DNA of 64,000 bases from Candidatus Thiodiazotropha sp. (GCA_965211775.1 OZ242974.1:4442188-4506187), one strand, 5' to 3'; positions 31,417 through 41,235 are shown, counted from the stretch's first letter. Notes: generated by a model from the sequence alone, not told the origin. Program-made: numbers and translations.

Positions 31417-33397
31417 TTATGCCGCTAATAAGGTACTGTCAGTGAACGCGCCATCATTGCCTTCACCGCCGGACAGGGTATCGTCTCCATCTCCACCCTG
31501 CACAAGATCATGGCCTCCACAGCCCTCCAGCGAATCATCCGCCACCGTGCCTTCGATCAGGTCGTCGGCATCCCCACTCGGTCGCAACAGTTCGATGACT
31601 TGCGCCACATCCCACGCGGCGCCGTTTGCAAACTCGATCCGGTCGACGGCATAGGGGCTATCGCCCCCGTCCAGAAAGTAGCCGAGCACCGTAATAACCT
31701 CTGCGCCACTCCCTACCGTGAGCAGCAGATCGTCGCCGGTGCGGCCGACCCGGACATCGTCCGGTTCGATACCGGGGAGAAACCGGAGCGTATCCTCGCT
31801 TTCATGCAGGGCATCGAAGTTATTGATCAGGGTATTGCCGTCCCCCGCGCCGAACAGATAGGTGTCGCTGCCGACACCCCCCTTAAGCAGGTCGCCATCA
31901 CCCGGGCCACCGCGCAGAAGATCATCGCCATAGCCTCCATCCAAGGTATCTTGTCCCTCACCCCCCTCAAGGTCGTCATTGCCCTCGCCGCCATTGAGCC
32001 AGTCGTCGCCCGCGGCTCCCGTCAGGAGGTCATCGCCCCGGCCGCCATGCATGCGGTCGATTTCATCACTGCCCGTCATTTCATTATCCCGATCGTCTCC
32101 CTGCACGATGTCTATACCTCCATCGTCCAGCACTATTTCCCACGTTCTCGGTACTTTTATTAAACCCGACTCAAACTTGACCGCATCGTCAAACAAATTG
32201 AAGGCCCAAGGCCACCAGACGTCGTATTCATCGCCAGGGTTGTATTCGGTGTCCCAATACCAGTCGAACCAATAACTGACATGTACCCAGCTTTGCCAGT
32301 TGGGGCTGTTGTACTCCTCACCAATATTGATGCCCAGTCGGCGGTCACTGAAATTTTCGATGGTAATCGTGTTGAAGCCGCCCCCCCAATTCGCTGACGG
32401 TAAGCGTTCCATTACCGTTGACGGTATAGCGGATGGTAGCATCGCATGAGGGGTTGTACTCCTCGTATACATTGGAGCTACCGGCCTGGCGGATCAGATT
32501 GAGGCCCAGCATCACATAGCTCTGTTCGCCACTGCCGGTGGTGATGTCCATGCACACACTGCCCAGGCCGTCGGCGTCGTTGATTACATCACCCGCGCCA
32601 GCGTAATAGAGATCATCGCCCAGGCCGCCCTCCAAGCGGTCGGATACGCCGTCGTCGACCAATACATACCGGTTGTTCGCTTGATCGAAATAGCGGTTGT
32701 CGCCGTAGAGGTTGTCGAATCCGTCGCCGCCGATCAGGTGATCCTGCCCGAGGCCGCCTACCAACAGGTCACGACCAGTGCCGCCGTCGAGAGTGTCGTG
32801 ACCGGCTTCGCCGTATAAGGCGTCATCGCCTGCGCCGCCATAGAGTCCGGCGTTGTGAATGCGCGCATCATCTCCCGATCCCCCGTGCAATTCATCATTT
32901 CCGATACCGCCATCCAGTTTATCGATTCCGGCGTTGCCTTCCAGATAGTCGTCGCCTGTGTTGCCATTCAGGGTATCGTCGCCGCCACCCCCAAATAGAC
33001 GATCATGGTTAGACATTCCCGACAATGCTTCACCCTCATCTCCCCCAAAATAAATACGGTGCGGTGGCTGCAAATAGTTGTCGTAGTGGGCATCGATGTC
33101 TCTTACAACATCATAGAACTCGACGTCTTCACCCGGTACAGGCTCGCCTGTGACATTGCCTTGGTTCAACAGCGCAAGAAAGGCTGAACGGCTTTCCAGA
33201 TAGGCTTGGGTTATCTCGCCTGTTTGGGTAATTGGGTCGTAAAGCTCAAGCTCGTCGTTTTGGTTGTGATCGTCGTAGAGCGATTCACTTCCGGTAATGG
33301 CAAAGGGGTTAAGATGAGCAAGCGCATAGCGGTAGGCGATATCGTTGTCGGCGTGATTTACGGTCTCTGTACGGGTAAGATTGGGGAGTGAAACCAC
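31417..33397 (-). pseudogene. partial RTX paralog (5' and 3' truncated relative to the giant gene, frameshifted)
   Basis: ORFs 32345..33397 and 31417..32472 together are colinear with residues ~430-1080 of the giant RTX gene. DNA is near-identical over ~31452-32800 versus ~24478-25822. The frame breaks at a C7 run (32381..32387) that is C6 in the intact copy. There is no C-terminal secretion end. Confidence 0.8.
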
Positions 33398-33446
33398 TTC
33401 CAGATTTTGATAGGCCGGTTTGACTTGTGGGTCACATGTTTACCCA

Positions 33447-34862
33447 CTACCTTTCTCTCAAACTCTCCTGCCCATGCCTTAACAAAGGCGCTAAAAAGTA
33501 CTCAATCAACCGCCGCTCTCCGGTTTTTATCTCCGCTGTCACTTCCATACCCGGCATCAATCGCACCTCTTTCCCATCAACATCAATAGTCTTCTTTTTC
33601 ATCGCCAACAGCATGCTGTAGGTAAAGCCACGCTTTTCATCGAAGATGGCGTCATCGGATATATTCTCAACTTCTGCCTCTACAACACCATACTTGGTAA
33701 ACGGAAAGGTATAAATCTTCACTTCCGCCGGCATATGTTTTTCAACGAAACCGATGTCCTTGTTCTCAAGAAACACCTCGACTACCAGCGATGCTTCATC
33801 CGGTACAATCTTCATCAAGGGTTCGGCCTCGGTTACCACGCCACCCTCGGTGTTCACCACCAGTTCCTGAACTTGACCCGATACCGGCGCATAGAGGATA
33901 TGTCGTTCATTTACATCTCTTGCTTTGATTAGCTCTTCTTGAAACCCGGTTATTTCACGCCGGTTCTCTGTAATCTCAGCCAAAATGCCTGCTTTGGTCT
34001 CAGCCTGAAGTGTATCTATCTGTTGCTGTGCCTGGTTTCTCGTCGCTTGTAACTGACTCAATCGTTGTTTTTCCGCCCCCAGTTGGTGAGATTGCTCGAT
34101 TCGTTCCTGCTCGAGTTGCAAGTATTCTGTTTCAGATGCGAACTTTTTGTCATAAAGCCCCCTGATAATCTTGGCCCTTTTGGTAATAATCGGCAGTGTC
34201 TTCTTCAGTTTCGTTATTTCGATCTTGGTCGCCTCATATTCCGCATCAGCTGCTTCACGTGCGCTGACTAATGTGGAAATTCTTGCCTGATATTGCCGCC
34301 ACTTCTCGTGCAGTAAATTTTTGAAGTGCGTTTGCTCATCAGTAGAGCCATGCGACCATTTTTTCGATTCGAGTTTGACTCTCTCCGATTGTTCGTTTTG
34401 ATCATCTTCACCATTCAGCCTTTTCAGCAACACCTCATTGACTATCAGCTTCATCTTTGCGTTAACCAGTTCGCTGTTCAGTCTGTTCTCATCGGCACGT
34501 GTCCGGGTTCCATCAAGTTCGATCAACGCTTCGCCTCTGGCGACATATTCACCCTCACTGACAAGAATTTTCTTGATGACGCCCTTTTGCAAAGGCTGAA
34601 CGACTTTCACCCGTGAACCGGGCAGAATCTTACCCTGCGCACTGGCAACGATATTGACCTCGCCAAACAACGCCCATAGCAGAAACAATATGAGTAACAC
34701 CACAATGCTTCTCGCCAGCCATTGCGTGATGGGATTGGGCGGGGTCGCCTCTATCTCCAGTGCGGCTGGAAGAAAGGCGCTCAACTCACGGCTTTTTTCA
34801 CTGTCGCCCATTGCATGCCGGTTGTTCCAGGCATCCTTGAATCTGTCGAACAATCCATTCAT
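33447..34862 (-). CDS. hlyD: type I secretion periplasmic adaptor (HlyD family)
   Basis: The 471-aa protein has an N-terminal TM segment, a long coiled-coil region, and an HlyD-type C-terminus (...ITAEIKTGERRLIEYFLAPL). Confidence 0.9.
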   Translation of the reverse strand: MNGLFDRFKDAWNNRHAMGDSEKSRELSAFLPAALEIEATPPNPITQWLARSIVVLLILFLLWALFGEVNIVASAQGKILPGSRVKVVQPLQKGVIKKILVSEGEYVARGEALIELDGTRTRADENRLNSELVNAKMKLIVNEVLLKRLNGEDDQNEQSERVKLESKKWSHGSTDEQTHFKNLLHEKWRQYQARISTLVSAREAADAEYEATKIEITKLKKTLPIITKRAKIIRGLYDKKFASETEYLQLEQERIEQSHQLGAEKQRLSQLQATRNQAQQQIDTLQAETKAGILAEITENRREITGFQEELIKARDVNERHILYAPVSGQVQELVVNTEGGVVTEAEPLMKIVPDEASLVVEVFLENKDIGFVEKHMPAEVKIYTFPFTKYGVVEAEVENISDDAIFDEKRGFTYSMLLAMKKKTIDVDGKEVRLMPGMEVTAEIKTGERRLIEYFLAPLLRHGQESLRER

Positions 34863-34919
34863 TGCTTCAAGCCAAATTCCTTGTATGAACAGCTGTCATG
34901 AATAGCTGATACATTCAGT

Positions 34920-37295
34920 CTACTGCTTTGCCCTGTTTTCATTCTCCCTGTCTTCCCTCTCAAGCGCCTCGAGCATTTCAATCGCCCAGCTTTCATCGAC
35001 CTCCTCTATCTCTGTCGCGCCGCTGATGACACCCTGACTGACGTCCACACTCGGCTTTATAGATATACCTTTTCCCCCGTTATCCACGTTTGTGGCTTTT
35101 GTTCCTACTACCGGGTCTTGCTTTTCGTTTCTTTGGAGTACCTGGCGCAACACAGGTGTATGATTCTGATAACTGTGCAGTTTGGCATAGTAGCCGTTCG
35201 CCTTGAGCAGGCCTTCGTGACCCCCTTGCTCAACGATGCGCCCCTTCTCCAATACGATGATGCGGTCGCACTGCCTGACTGTGCTGAGGCGATGGGCGAT
35301 GATGAACACGGTGCGACCCCGGCAGATCGTCGCCATGTTGTCCTGGATCAGCCGTTCCGATTCATAGTCCAGGGCGCTGGTGGCCTCGTCGAAGATCAGT
35401 AACCTTGGATTGCCGATCAACGCCCGGGCTATCGCAAGGCGTTGCCGTTGTCCGCCGGAGAGGTTACTGCCCTGCTCACCCACCAGGGTGTCGTAGCCTT
35501 CGGGCAGATCGACGATAAATTCATGGGCGCCGGAAAGTTTCGCCGCATGGATGACCTGTTCCATCGGTAACGCGGGATTGGCCAGTGCGATATTCTCCCG
35601 GATGGTGCGGTTGAAGAGGAAGTTCTCCTGCAACACCACGCCGATCTGCTGGCGCAGCCAGGTGGTGTCGATCATGGAGAGATCGACCCCGTCGATGAGC
35701 ACCCGTCCCGATTCGGGGATGTAGAGCCTTTGAATCAGTTTGGTGATGGTGCTCTTGCCGGAGCCGGAACGGCCGACGATGCCGATCACCTCCCCCGGCC
35801 GGCAGCGCAGGTTGAGATCGTCGAGGATGACCGGACCGTCGGGACGGTAGCGAAAACGGAGATGCTCCAGGGACACTTCGCCCTTCAAGGCCGGCAACCG
35901 GGAGCGGTTGGGATTGAAGCCGGGCTCACGTGGGGTATTCAGGATGTCCCCCAACCGTGCCAGGGAGATGCCGGCCTGCTGGAAATCCTGCCACAGTTGC
36001 ACCAGTTTGAGGATCGGGCTGCTGACCCGCCCCGCCAGCATGTTGAAGGCCACCAACTGACCGACGGTGAGTTCGTTGGCGATCACCAGGTGGGCGCCCC
36101 ACCAGATGATGCCGAGGGTCATCAGCTTGTTGATCAGCCCCGCCACCTGGTTGGCCACATTGTTGAGATTCTGGCTACGGAACGAGGCGTGGACATAATT
36201 GGCGAGGTGGTCTTCCAGTTTTCTCTGCATCTGCGGTTCCACCGCCATCGACTTGACGGTACCGATACCGGTGATCGATTCGGTGAGAAAGGCGGTGTTG
36301 GCGGCACCATGCTTGAACTTGTCGTTGAGGCGGTGGCGCAGGATGGGGGTAATGAAGATGGAAAGCGCCACATACAGGGGTATGGTCGCCAGCACGATCC
36401 AGGTCAGCGTGGGGCTGTAGTACCACATCACCGCGAGGAAGACGAAGACGAAAAAGAGGTCGATGACCAGGGTCAGGGCGGTGCCGGTGATGAAGTTGCG
36501 GATGGTGTCGAGTTCCCGCACCCGGGCCACATTCTGCCCCACCTGGCGTGACTCGAAATAGGCCATCGGCAAGGCCATCAAATGATTGTAGAGCCGGGAA
36601 CCCAGGGTGACATCCACCCGGTTGGTGGTGTGGCTGAACAGGTAGTTGCGGATACCGCCCATCAGGGCATCGAAGACCACCAGGACAAAGAAACCCACCG
36701 CCAACACGTCCAAGGTAGTGAAACCGCGATGCACAAGCACCTTGTCCATCACCACCTGAAAGAAGAGCGGCGTAACCAGGGCGAATAGCTGGAGGAAAAA
36801 CGAGGCGATCAGCACCTCGGCGAAGAGCTTCCGGTATTTGACCAGGGCGGGGATGAACCAGGAGATATCGAACTTCTGTTGCAGACTCTCGCCCAAACCC
36901 TGCCTTCTGGCCAACAGGATCAGTTCGCCAGACCAGATGGCATCGAAAGCCTCCAACACCATACTCTTCGGGCTGCTTTCACGAAGATCGTGCACCAATA
37001 CGCCGGTTTCTGCCGGCTGCCGGTCGCCATGCGGATCCGGTTTGGCGATGCGCGCGAGAATGAGATAGCTGCCATCCTTTAGCTTCGCAATCGCCGGTAA
37101 TACGCTGTTATCCAGGTCCGCCAATGAAGGCTTCAGGCGCCTGGCCTTCAGGGTGAGGGCCTTGGCCGCCTGTAACAGTTCACTATCGGCAAAGGGTAGA
37201 CCGGGTTTACCGAACTGATGGGCTATCTGCTCGGGTTCGGCGGGCAGCTGGTGGAAGCGCGCGATGGCAATGAGCGTACTGAGTCCGGTATCCAT
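34920..37295 (-). CDS. hlyB: type I secretion ABC transporter (HlyB family) with an N-terminal C39-like domain and ~80-aa C-terminal extension
   Basis: It has Walker A GRSGSGKST, the signature LSGGQRQRLAIARAL, and Walker B LLIFDEATSALD. The N-terminal domain has no Cys at the C39 catalytic position (DTGLSTLIAIARFH). Confidence 0.92.
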   Translation of the reverse strand: MDTGLSTLIAIARFHQLPAEPEQIAHQFGKPGLPFADSELLQAAKALTLKARRLKPSLADLDNSVLPAIAKLKDGSYLILARIAKPDPHGDRQPAETGVLVHDLRESSPKSMVLEAFDAIWSGELILLARRQGLGESLQQKFDISWFIPALVKYRKLFAEVLIASFFLQLFALVTPLFFQVVMDKVLVHRGFTTLDVLAVGFFVLVVFDALMGGIRNYLFSHTTNRVDVTLGSRLYNHLMALPMAYFESRQVGQNVARVRELDTIRNFITGTALTLVIDLFFVFVFLAVMWYYSPTLTWIVLATIPLYVALSIFITPILRHRLNDKFKHGAANTAFLTESITGIGTVKSMAVEPQMQRKLEDHLANYVHASFRSQNLNNVANQVAGLINKLMTLGIIWWGAHLVIANELTVGQLVAFNMLAGRVSSPILKLVQLWQDFQQAGISLARLGDILNTPREPGFNPNRSRLPALKGEVSLEHLRFRYRPDGPVILDDLNLRCRPGEVIGIVGRSGSGKSTITKLIQRLYIPESGRVLIDGVDLSMIDTTWLRQQIGVVLQENFLFNRTIRENIALANPALPMEQVIHAAKLSGAHEFIVDLPEGYDTLVGEQGSNLSGGQRQRLAIARALIGNPRLLIFDEATSALDYESERLIQDNMATICRGRTVFIIAHRLSTVRQCDRIIVLEKGRIVEQGGHEGLLKANGYYAKLHSYQNHTPVLRQVLQRNEKQDPVVGTKATNVDNGGKGISIKPSVDVSQGVISGATEIEEVDESWAIEMLEALEREDRENENRAKQ

Positions 37296-37468
37296 ACCAT
37301 TTCCGCATTGAACGGCCCAACCTTGGGTAGTCCCTGCGTTTGTCCTTATTAAACATCACTAAGAAATGAGCGGTTAATAATATAATGGTATTGATTTGTG
37401 TCAAGACCCATTCACATAAATTCCGCCGATCACACTGTACAATACCGCCCGGCGCCCTGCCGACGGGA

Positions 37469-38035
37469 CTAGCTATCCGCAAGCTTGGTTTCCACAATCG
37501 ACTGAATGAGGGCCGGTGCACTTTCCAGCTGGCGCACACGCTTCCATAACCGTCCCGGCCTGTTCGCGTAGAGGGCAAGCAATTCATCCGATGCCACCCA
37601 CGTCAGCTCGCGTCTTTTCTTGAATCTGCCCACCGAGTCCTGCTGCCATTCACGATTCAGCGCTCGGATATCCCGGTACGGAAATTCAATGAAATAGGTC
37701 CTCCATTTTTTAGGCTTCAACCGGCTGCCTGGCGCCCTGTTGCACCACCAATCGGGATGCTCCGAGAGGGTTTTTTCAAACAAGGTGTCCACTATTGGAA
37801 TCTGATGATCGACCTTTTCGGCATTCCGTCTCGCCTGTTGCAGATCGTCGGAGAAATACATGGTTTCCGTCTCCTCGACGAATTCCCTGACCGCGGTCTG
37901 TCTGAAACTCTCACCTTCGCCCAGGCCACCGCCAAAATCGATCAGATAGCCCGTCTTGCGGCCACTGAAAGTTGATTGAAACAGGAAGCGGACATCATCT
38001 TCATGTAGAGAAAAGGGTATAACACCGGCACCCAT
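37469..38035 (-). CDS. NUDIX-family hydrolase
   Basis: A Nudix box is present: GGGLGEGESFRQTAVREFVEETE. Confidence 0.75.
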   Translation of the reverse strand: MGAGVIPFSLHEDDVRFLFQSTFSGRKTGYLIDFGGGLGEGESFRQTAVREFVEETETMYFSDDLQQARRNAEKVDHQIPIVDTLFEKTLSEHPDWWCNRAPGSRLKPKKWRTYFIEFPYRDIRALNREWQQDSVGRFKKRRELTWVASDELLALYANRPGRLWKRVRQLESAPALIQSIVETKLADS

Positions 38036-38121
38036 ATCGACTCCTCCTCATGGCGGCTTGGTATTGTTGGCATCCGCCGGAGACGGTGACGCAACAGAGA
38101 CGCGGCCTCTTATAAAAAAGA

Positions 38122-38371
38122 TCCTCCGAAGAGTTTGTGGGCAGGCTTCACTGATCCCGTCATTCCGGCGCAGGCCGGAATCCAGATGCTCCACACGATT
38201 GTCGACCATCTCTCTTTCAGCAAAGAATACAGCTCGTCAAATCAGCTCCGGATAAAATCCCGCCAGCGTGGGATCAGCACTGCAATCGCATTTAACTACC
38301 ACCTACGGTTGTCTCTCCATACCACCTCTCTGGATTCCGACCTGCGCCGGAATAACATGATCATAGGATTT
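38122..38371. repeat. MITE-like element, copy B, with its distal end interrupted by IS1595 copy 3
   Basis: It is homologous to 11252..11562 and has the same TIRs (CTGATCCCGTCATTCCGGCGCAGGCCGGAATCCAGA ... GGATTCCGACCTGCGCCGGAATAACATGATCATAGGAT). The IS target duplication lies at the ATAGGAT end. Confidence 0.75.
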
Positions 38372-39400
38372 CCTGATTACCCCTAAACCTCAGCCATTCT
38401 CAAGAGGCGATATGGCATAGGTGGAGTGCGAAGAGCGGCAAAAAGCAATCGTTCAATCATGGCGGGTAAATCGAAACGGCGGTTAAACCGATATTCGAAC
38501 TCAGCAAGATAACGCGACACATGTTTATCTCGAATCGCATGAAAAGTACCCAACAGACTGTTTTTGACATTACCCAACATCGTGTTTACCCATTTGAAGC
38601 ACGAATACTGGACACTTTGGCGCCCACCACCCGTCACCATGGGGTTATGATGGCAATCAGCGGTTGTCACGTCACTAAAGCACCAAAGCCCATCGGTAAA
38701 GACTTCGCTGCCAGGCATCAAGCAGGAGCGGGCGTAGCGGGCGATTTCACGTTTGCGGAAGCCCCTTACACGACGCAGTTGAATTTTCATGGGCCTGCCG
38801 TCCCGCGTCGTCTCAACAGCAGCTACGAAAGGGATTTTGTTGCGCGACCCACGACCACGCTTACCGGCTTGCTCGCCTCCGAGATAAGCATCATCCAATT
38901 CGATGCGACCGGCCAGTTTTTTTCCACGCTCACGTTCCATCATCACCTGCATCAACTTATGCTTGAGTCGCCAGGCCGTATTGTAGTTCACCCCGATTTC
39001 GCGGGAAAGTTGCAGCGCCGAGATACTTTTCTTGCGTTGGGTCAACAGATAGATCGCAAGAAACCACGTTCTCAGCGGCAGCTTGGTGCCATGGAAGATG
39101 CTGCCGGCGGTCAGGGAAGTCTGATGATGGCACTTGTGACATTGATATATCTGACGCTTTTTGAGTTCACAGCCTGTTGTGTTGCCGCACTCAGGGCAGA
39201 CATAGCCCGTCGGCCAGCGCAAATCATACAATGCCTGTCGACACTGATCCTCGGTCCCATATTGTTCCAGAAAATCGTGCAAACCAAGACCTTTTTGAAA
39301 TTGAATAGTATTTCTCGGCATGATGAAATCCTCTTTTATTCAGTAGGTTCCATTATGCTTGCACCACAGGCTCAATAGCTGAGCCTCATGAGTAATCAGG
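38372..39400 (-). mobile_element. IS1595-family insertion sequence, copy 3 (1029 bp)
   Basis: It has the same termini as the other copies. The 8-bp TSD TAGGATTT is at 38364..38371 and 39401..39408. Confidence 0.9.
38383..39321 (-). CDS. IS1595-family transposase (intact; one Gly-to-Asp difference from copy 1)
   Basis: The 312-aa protein matches copy 1 except WCFSDVTT in place of WCFSGVTT. Confidence 0.88.
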   Translation of the reverse strand: MPRNTIQFQKGLGLHDFLEQYGTEDQCRQALYDLRWPTGYVCPECGNTTGCELKKRQIYQCHKCHHQTSLTAGSIFHGTKLPLRTWFLAIYLLTQRKKSISALQLSREIGVNYNTAWRLKHKLMQVMMERERGKKLAGRIELDDAYLGGEQAGKRGRGSRNKIPFVAAVETTRDGRPMKIQLRRVRGFRKREIARYARSCLMPGSEVFTDGLWCFSDVTTADCHHNPMVTGGGRQSVQYSCFKWVNTMLGNVKNSLLGTFHAIRDKHVSRYLAEFEYRFNRRFDLPAMIERLLFAALRTPPMPYRLLRMAEV

Positions 39401-39450
39401 TAGGATTTTAAGGCCTGTTGACACTAATCCGTCGGAATGGGGAAACGGCC

Positions 39451-39603
39451 TCAATAGACGCCCTGCTGCGCATGCTCGCATTTACAGACCTTATAGGGAT
39501 CTTTCCAGCACATGATCTCCTTAAACTGAGCATCGCTCGAGCCCGGTTTGGCTTCAGCCTGCTGCTGTTGATCGGTATCAAGATCGGATTGTTTGGTCGT
39601 CAT
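39451..39603 (-). CDS. possible 50-aa hydrophilic Cys-containing peptide
   Basis: I hand-translated it as MTTKQSDLDTDQQQQAEAKPGSSDAQFKEIMCWKDPYKVCKCEHAQQGVY. A GAGGAGG sits ~12 nt upstream. The ORF is below the track cut-off, and I recognise no family. Confidence 0.25.
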   Translation of the reverse strand: MTTKQSDLDTDQQQQAEAKPGSSDAQFKEIMCWKDPYKVCKCEHAQQGVY

Positions 39604-39809
39604 TAATTTCCAATGCCTCCTCACACTGAGTCATACCGGCATCTGACGTCCACTCTTTTAAAAGCTTATTTATACTGTCCCTGAATCGGCTTGCCGGCCC
39701 TGCATCACTCATCGAAATGAGACGATGCTCATCTGAAACAATAGTCCATCAACTGCACAATTGTTGGTTTGATCGAAAAATCGAGCAGGATGATTCCTGA
39801 CCCTTGATG

Positions 39810-39986
39810 TTAGTCCCGCTCCTTCTGACTTGACGTGGAATGAGCGCAGGAACCACATCCCGAGCAGTTGTCCGAGGACGCTTCTCTCTCAGGATCGAGT
39901 CTGTTCAACCACAATTGGAATACCACCCAGCCTGCACACAAGGCCACTAATCCCAATATGGCTGACACGTGTATCCACATGGTCAT
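39810..39986 (-). CDS. 58-aa single-TM Cys-rich membrane protein, translationally coupled to rnfA
   Basis: I hand-translated it as MTMWIHVSAILGLVALCAGWVVFQLWLNRLDPEREASSDNCSGCGSCAHSTSSQKERD. Its ATG overlaps the rnfA TGA (ATGA). It is not in the ORF track because it is under 60 aa. Confidence 0.55.
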   Translation of the reverse strand: MTMWIHVSAILGLVALCAGWVVFQLWLNRLDPEREASSDNCSGCGSCAHSTSSQKERD

Positions 39987-40561
39987 GCCGCACTGAACAA
40001 ACCGGCAAATCCCATGAATGCCATGGAGAGTATACCGGCAATAATCAGGTTCATGGCAGTCCCTTTAATCAGTCGAGGCACTTCCGCCAGCTCGGTCTCC
40101 TCCCGCAATCCGGCCATCAGCACCAGAGCCAGGGTAAAACCCAACCCTGCCCCCAAAGCATAGGTCATGCCCTGTATGAATCCATACCCTTTGTTGGTGG
40201 CGAAGATGGCCAGACCGAGAATCGCGCAGTTGGTGGTGATCAGGGGCAGGAATATCCCCAATGCCTTGAACAGGCCCGGACTCAGCTTTTTTATCACCAT
40301 CTCGATGAATTGAACCGTGCTGGCAATCACCACGATAAAACTGATCAACCTTAGATAAGGTGCATAAATCAGAATATAGGTGTTGAGCAGCCAGGCGCAC
40401 AATGCGGTAATCAGCATCACGAATATGGTGGCCAGGCCCAATCGGAAGGCGGTTTCCAATCGCTGCGATACGCCCAGAAAAGGACACAAGCCGAGAAAAT
40501 AGGCCAATACAAAATTATTGATTAGCAGGGCGCTGATGAAAATCCACACAAGTTCGTTCAT
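39983..40561 (-). CDS. rnfA: Rnf electron transport complex subunit A
   Basis: The 192-aa protein has NNFVL..FLGLCPFLGVS and LPLITTNCAILG. Confidence 0.93.
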   Translation of the reverse strand: MNELVWIFISALLINNFVLAYFLGLCPFLGVSQRLETAFRLGLATIFVMLITALCAWLLNTYILIYAPYLRLISFIVVIASTVQFIEMVIKKLSPGLFKALGIFLPLITTNCAILGLAIFATNKGYGFIQGMTYALGAGLGFTLALVLMAGLREETELAEVPRLIKGTAMNLIIAGILSMAFMGFAGLFSAA

Positions 40562-41217
40562 GGTGCTTCAATCTCCATCTGATCCAGTTGTTGCGCCAGT
40601 CTGTCCTTACGCTCTTTCAGCCAGTTGAAGAAAAGCAATAAAAGGCCCAAGGTGATGAAACCGCCGGGCGGCAGGATCATGATCACCCAGGGTTCGAAGT
40701 TCTCACTGAAGAGTTTGAATCCGAACAGCGCTCCCTCTCCCAGTAATTCACGAACCGCACCCAGGGAGAACAGGGCGAACAGAAAACCACTGGCCATGCC
40801 CAGCGCATCCACCAGGGCGAAACGTACCGAGTTGCGAGAAGCAAAGGCCTCCTGCCGTCCCAGGATCATGCAGTTGGCCACGATCAAGGGTATGAAGGCC
40901 CCCAGCTCTTTGTGGACCTTTGGCATCAGCGCCTCAAGGGTAAAGTCGGTGACGGTGACAAAGGTTGCGATGATAATGATATACGTGGAGATACGTACCT
41001 GTTTGGGTATCCAGTTTTTCAGTGATGAAACGAAAAAACTCGAGGCCACCAGCACAAAAAAAGTCGCCCCTCCCATAACCAGTGCATTCATCGCAGAGTT
41101 GGTGACCGCAAGCATGGGACACATACCCAGCACTTGAACAAAAACCGGGTTGTCGCGCCAAAGCCCCTTGATGAACTCCTGATAAGCGTCTTGTTTTTTC
41201 TCAGGCATGCTCTTCAC
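40558..41217 (-). CDS. rnfE: Rnf electron transport complex subunit E
   Basis: The ORF has VQVLGMCPMLAVT and IPLIVANCMILGR. It shares an ATGA overlap with rnfA. Confidence 0.93.
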   Translation of the reverse strand: MKSMPEKKQDAYQEFIKGLWRDNPVFVQVLGMCPMLAVTNSAMNALVMGGATFFVLVASSFFVSSLKNWIPKQVRISTYIIIIATFVTVTDFTLEALMPKVHKELGAFIPLIVANCMILGRQEAFASRNSVRFALVDALGMASGFLFALFSLGAVRELLGEGALFGFKLFSENFEPWVIMILPPGGFITLGLLLLFFNWLKERKDRLAQQLDQMEIEAP

Positions 41218-41235
41218 CCTGTTTGAACAATAATC

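Noticed and set aside
38058-38386. Short plus-strand ORFs (65 and 83 aa) upstream of IS copy 3.
   Set aside because: They lie entirely within the MITE-like repeat, and the equivalent region of copy A is not open in the same frames.
28544-39400. Interpreting IS1595 copies 2 and 3 (inverted) as the ends of a composite transposon carrying the T1SS genes.
   Set aside because: Each copy has its own matching 8-bp duplication, and the outer flanks of the pair do not share a duplication. This indicates independent single-IS insertions. Copy 2 is also frameshifted.
39418-39606. A 62-aa plus-strand ORF just after IS1595 copy 3.
   Set aside because: The opposite strand has a slightly better candidate (a 50-aa ORF with an upstream GAGGAGG). 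Both are weak, and the plus-strand ORF starts at the IS flank with no signals.
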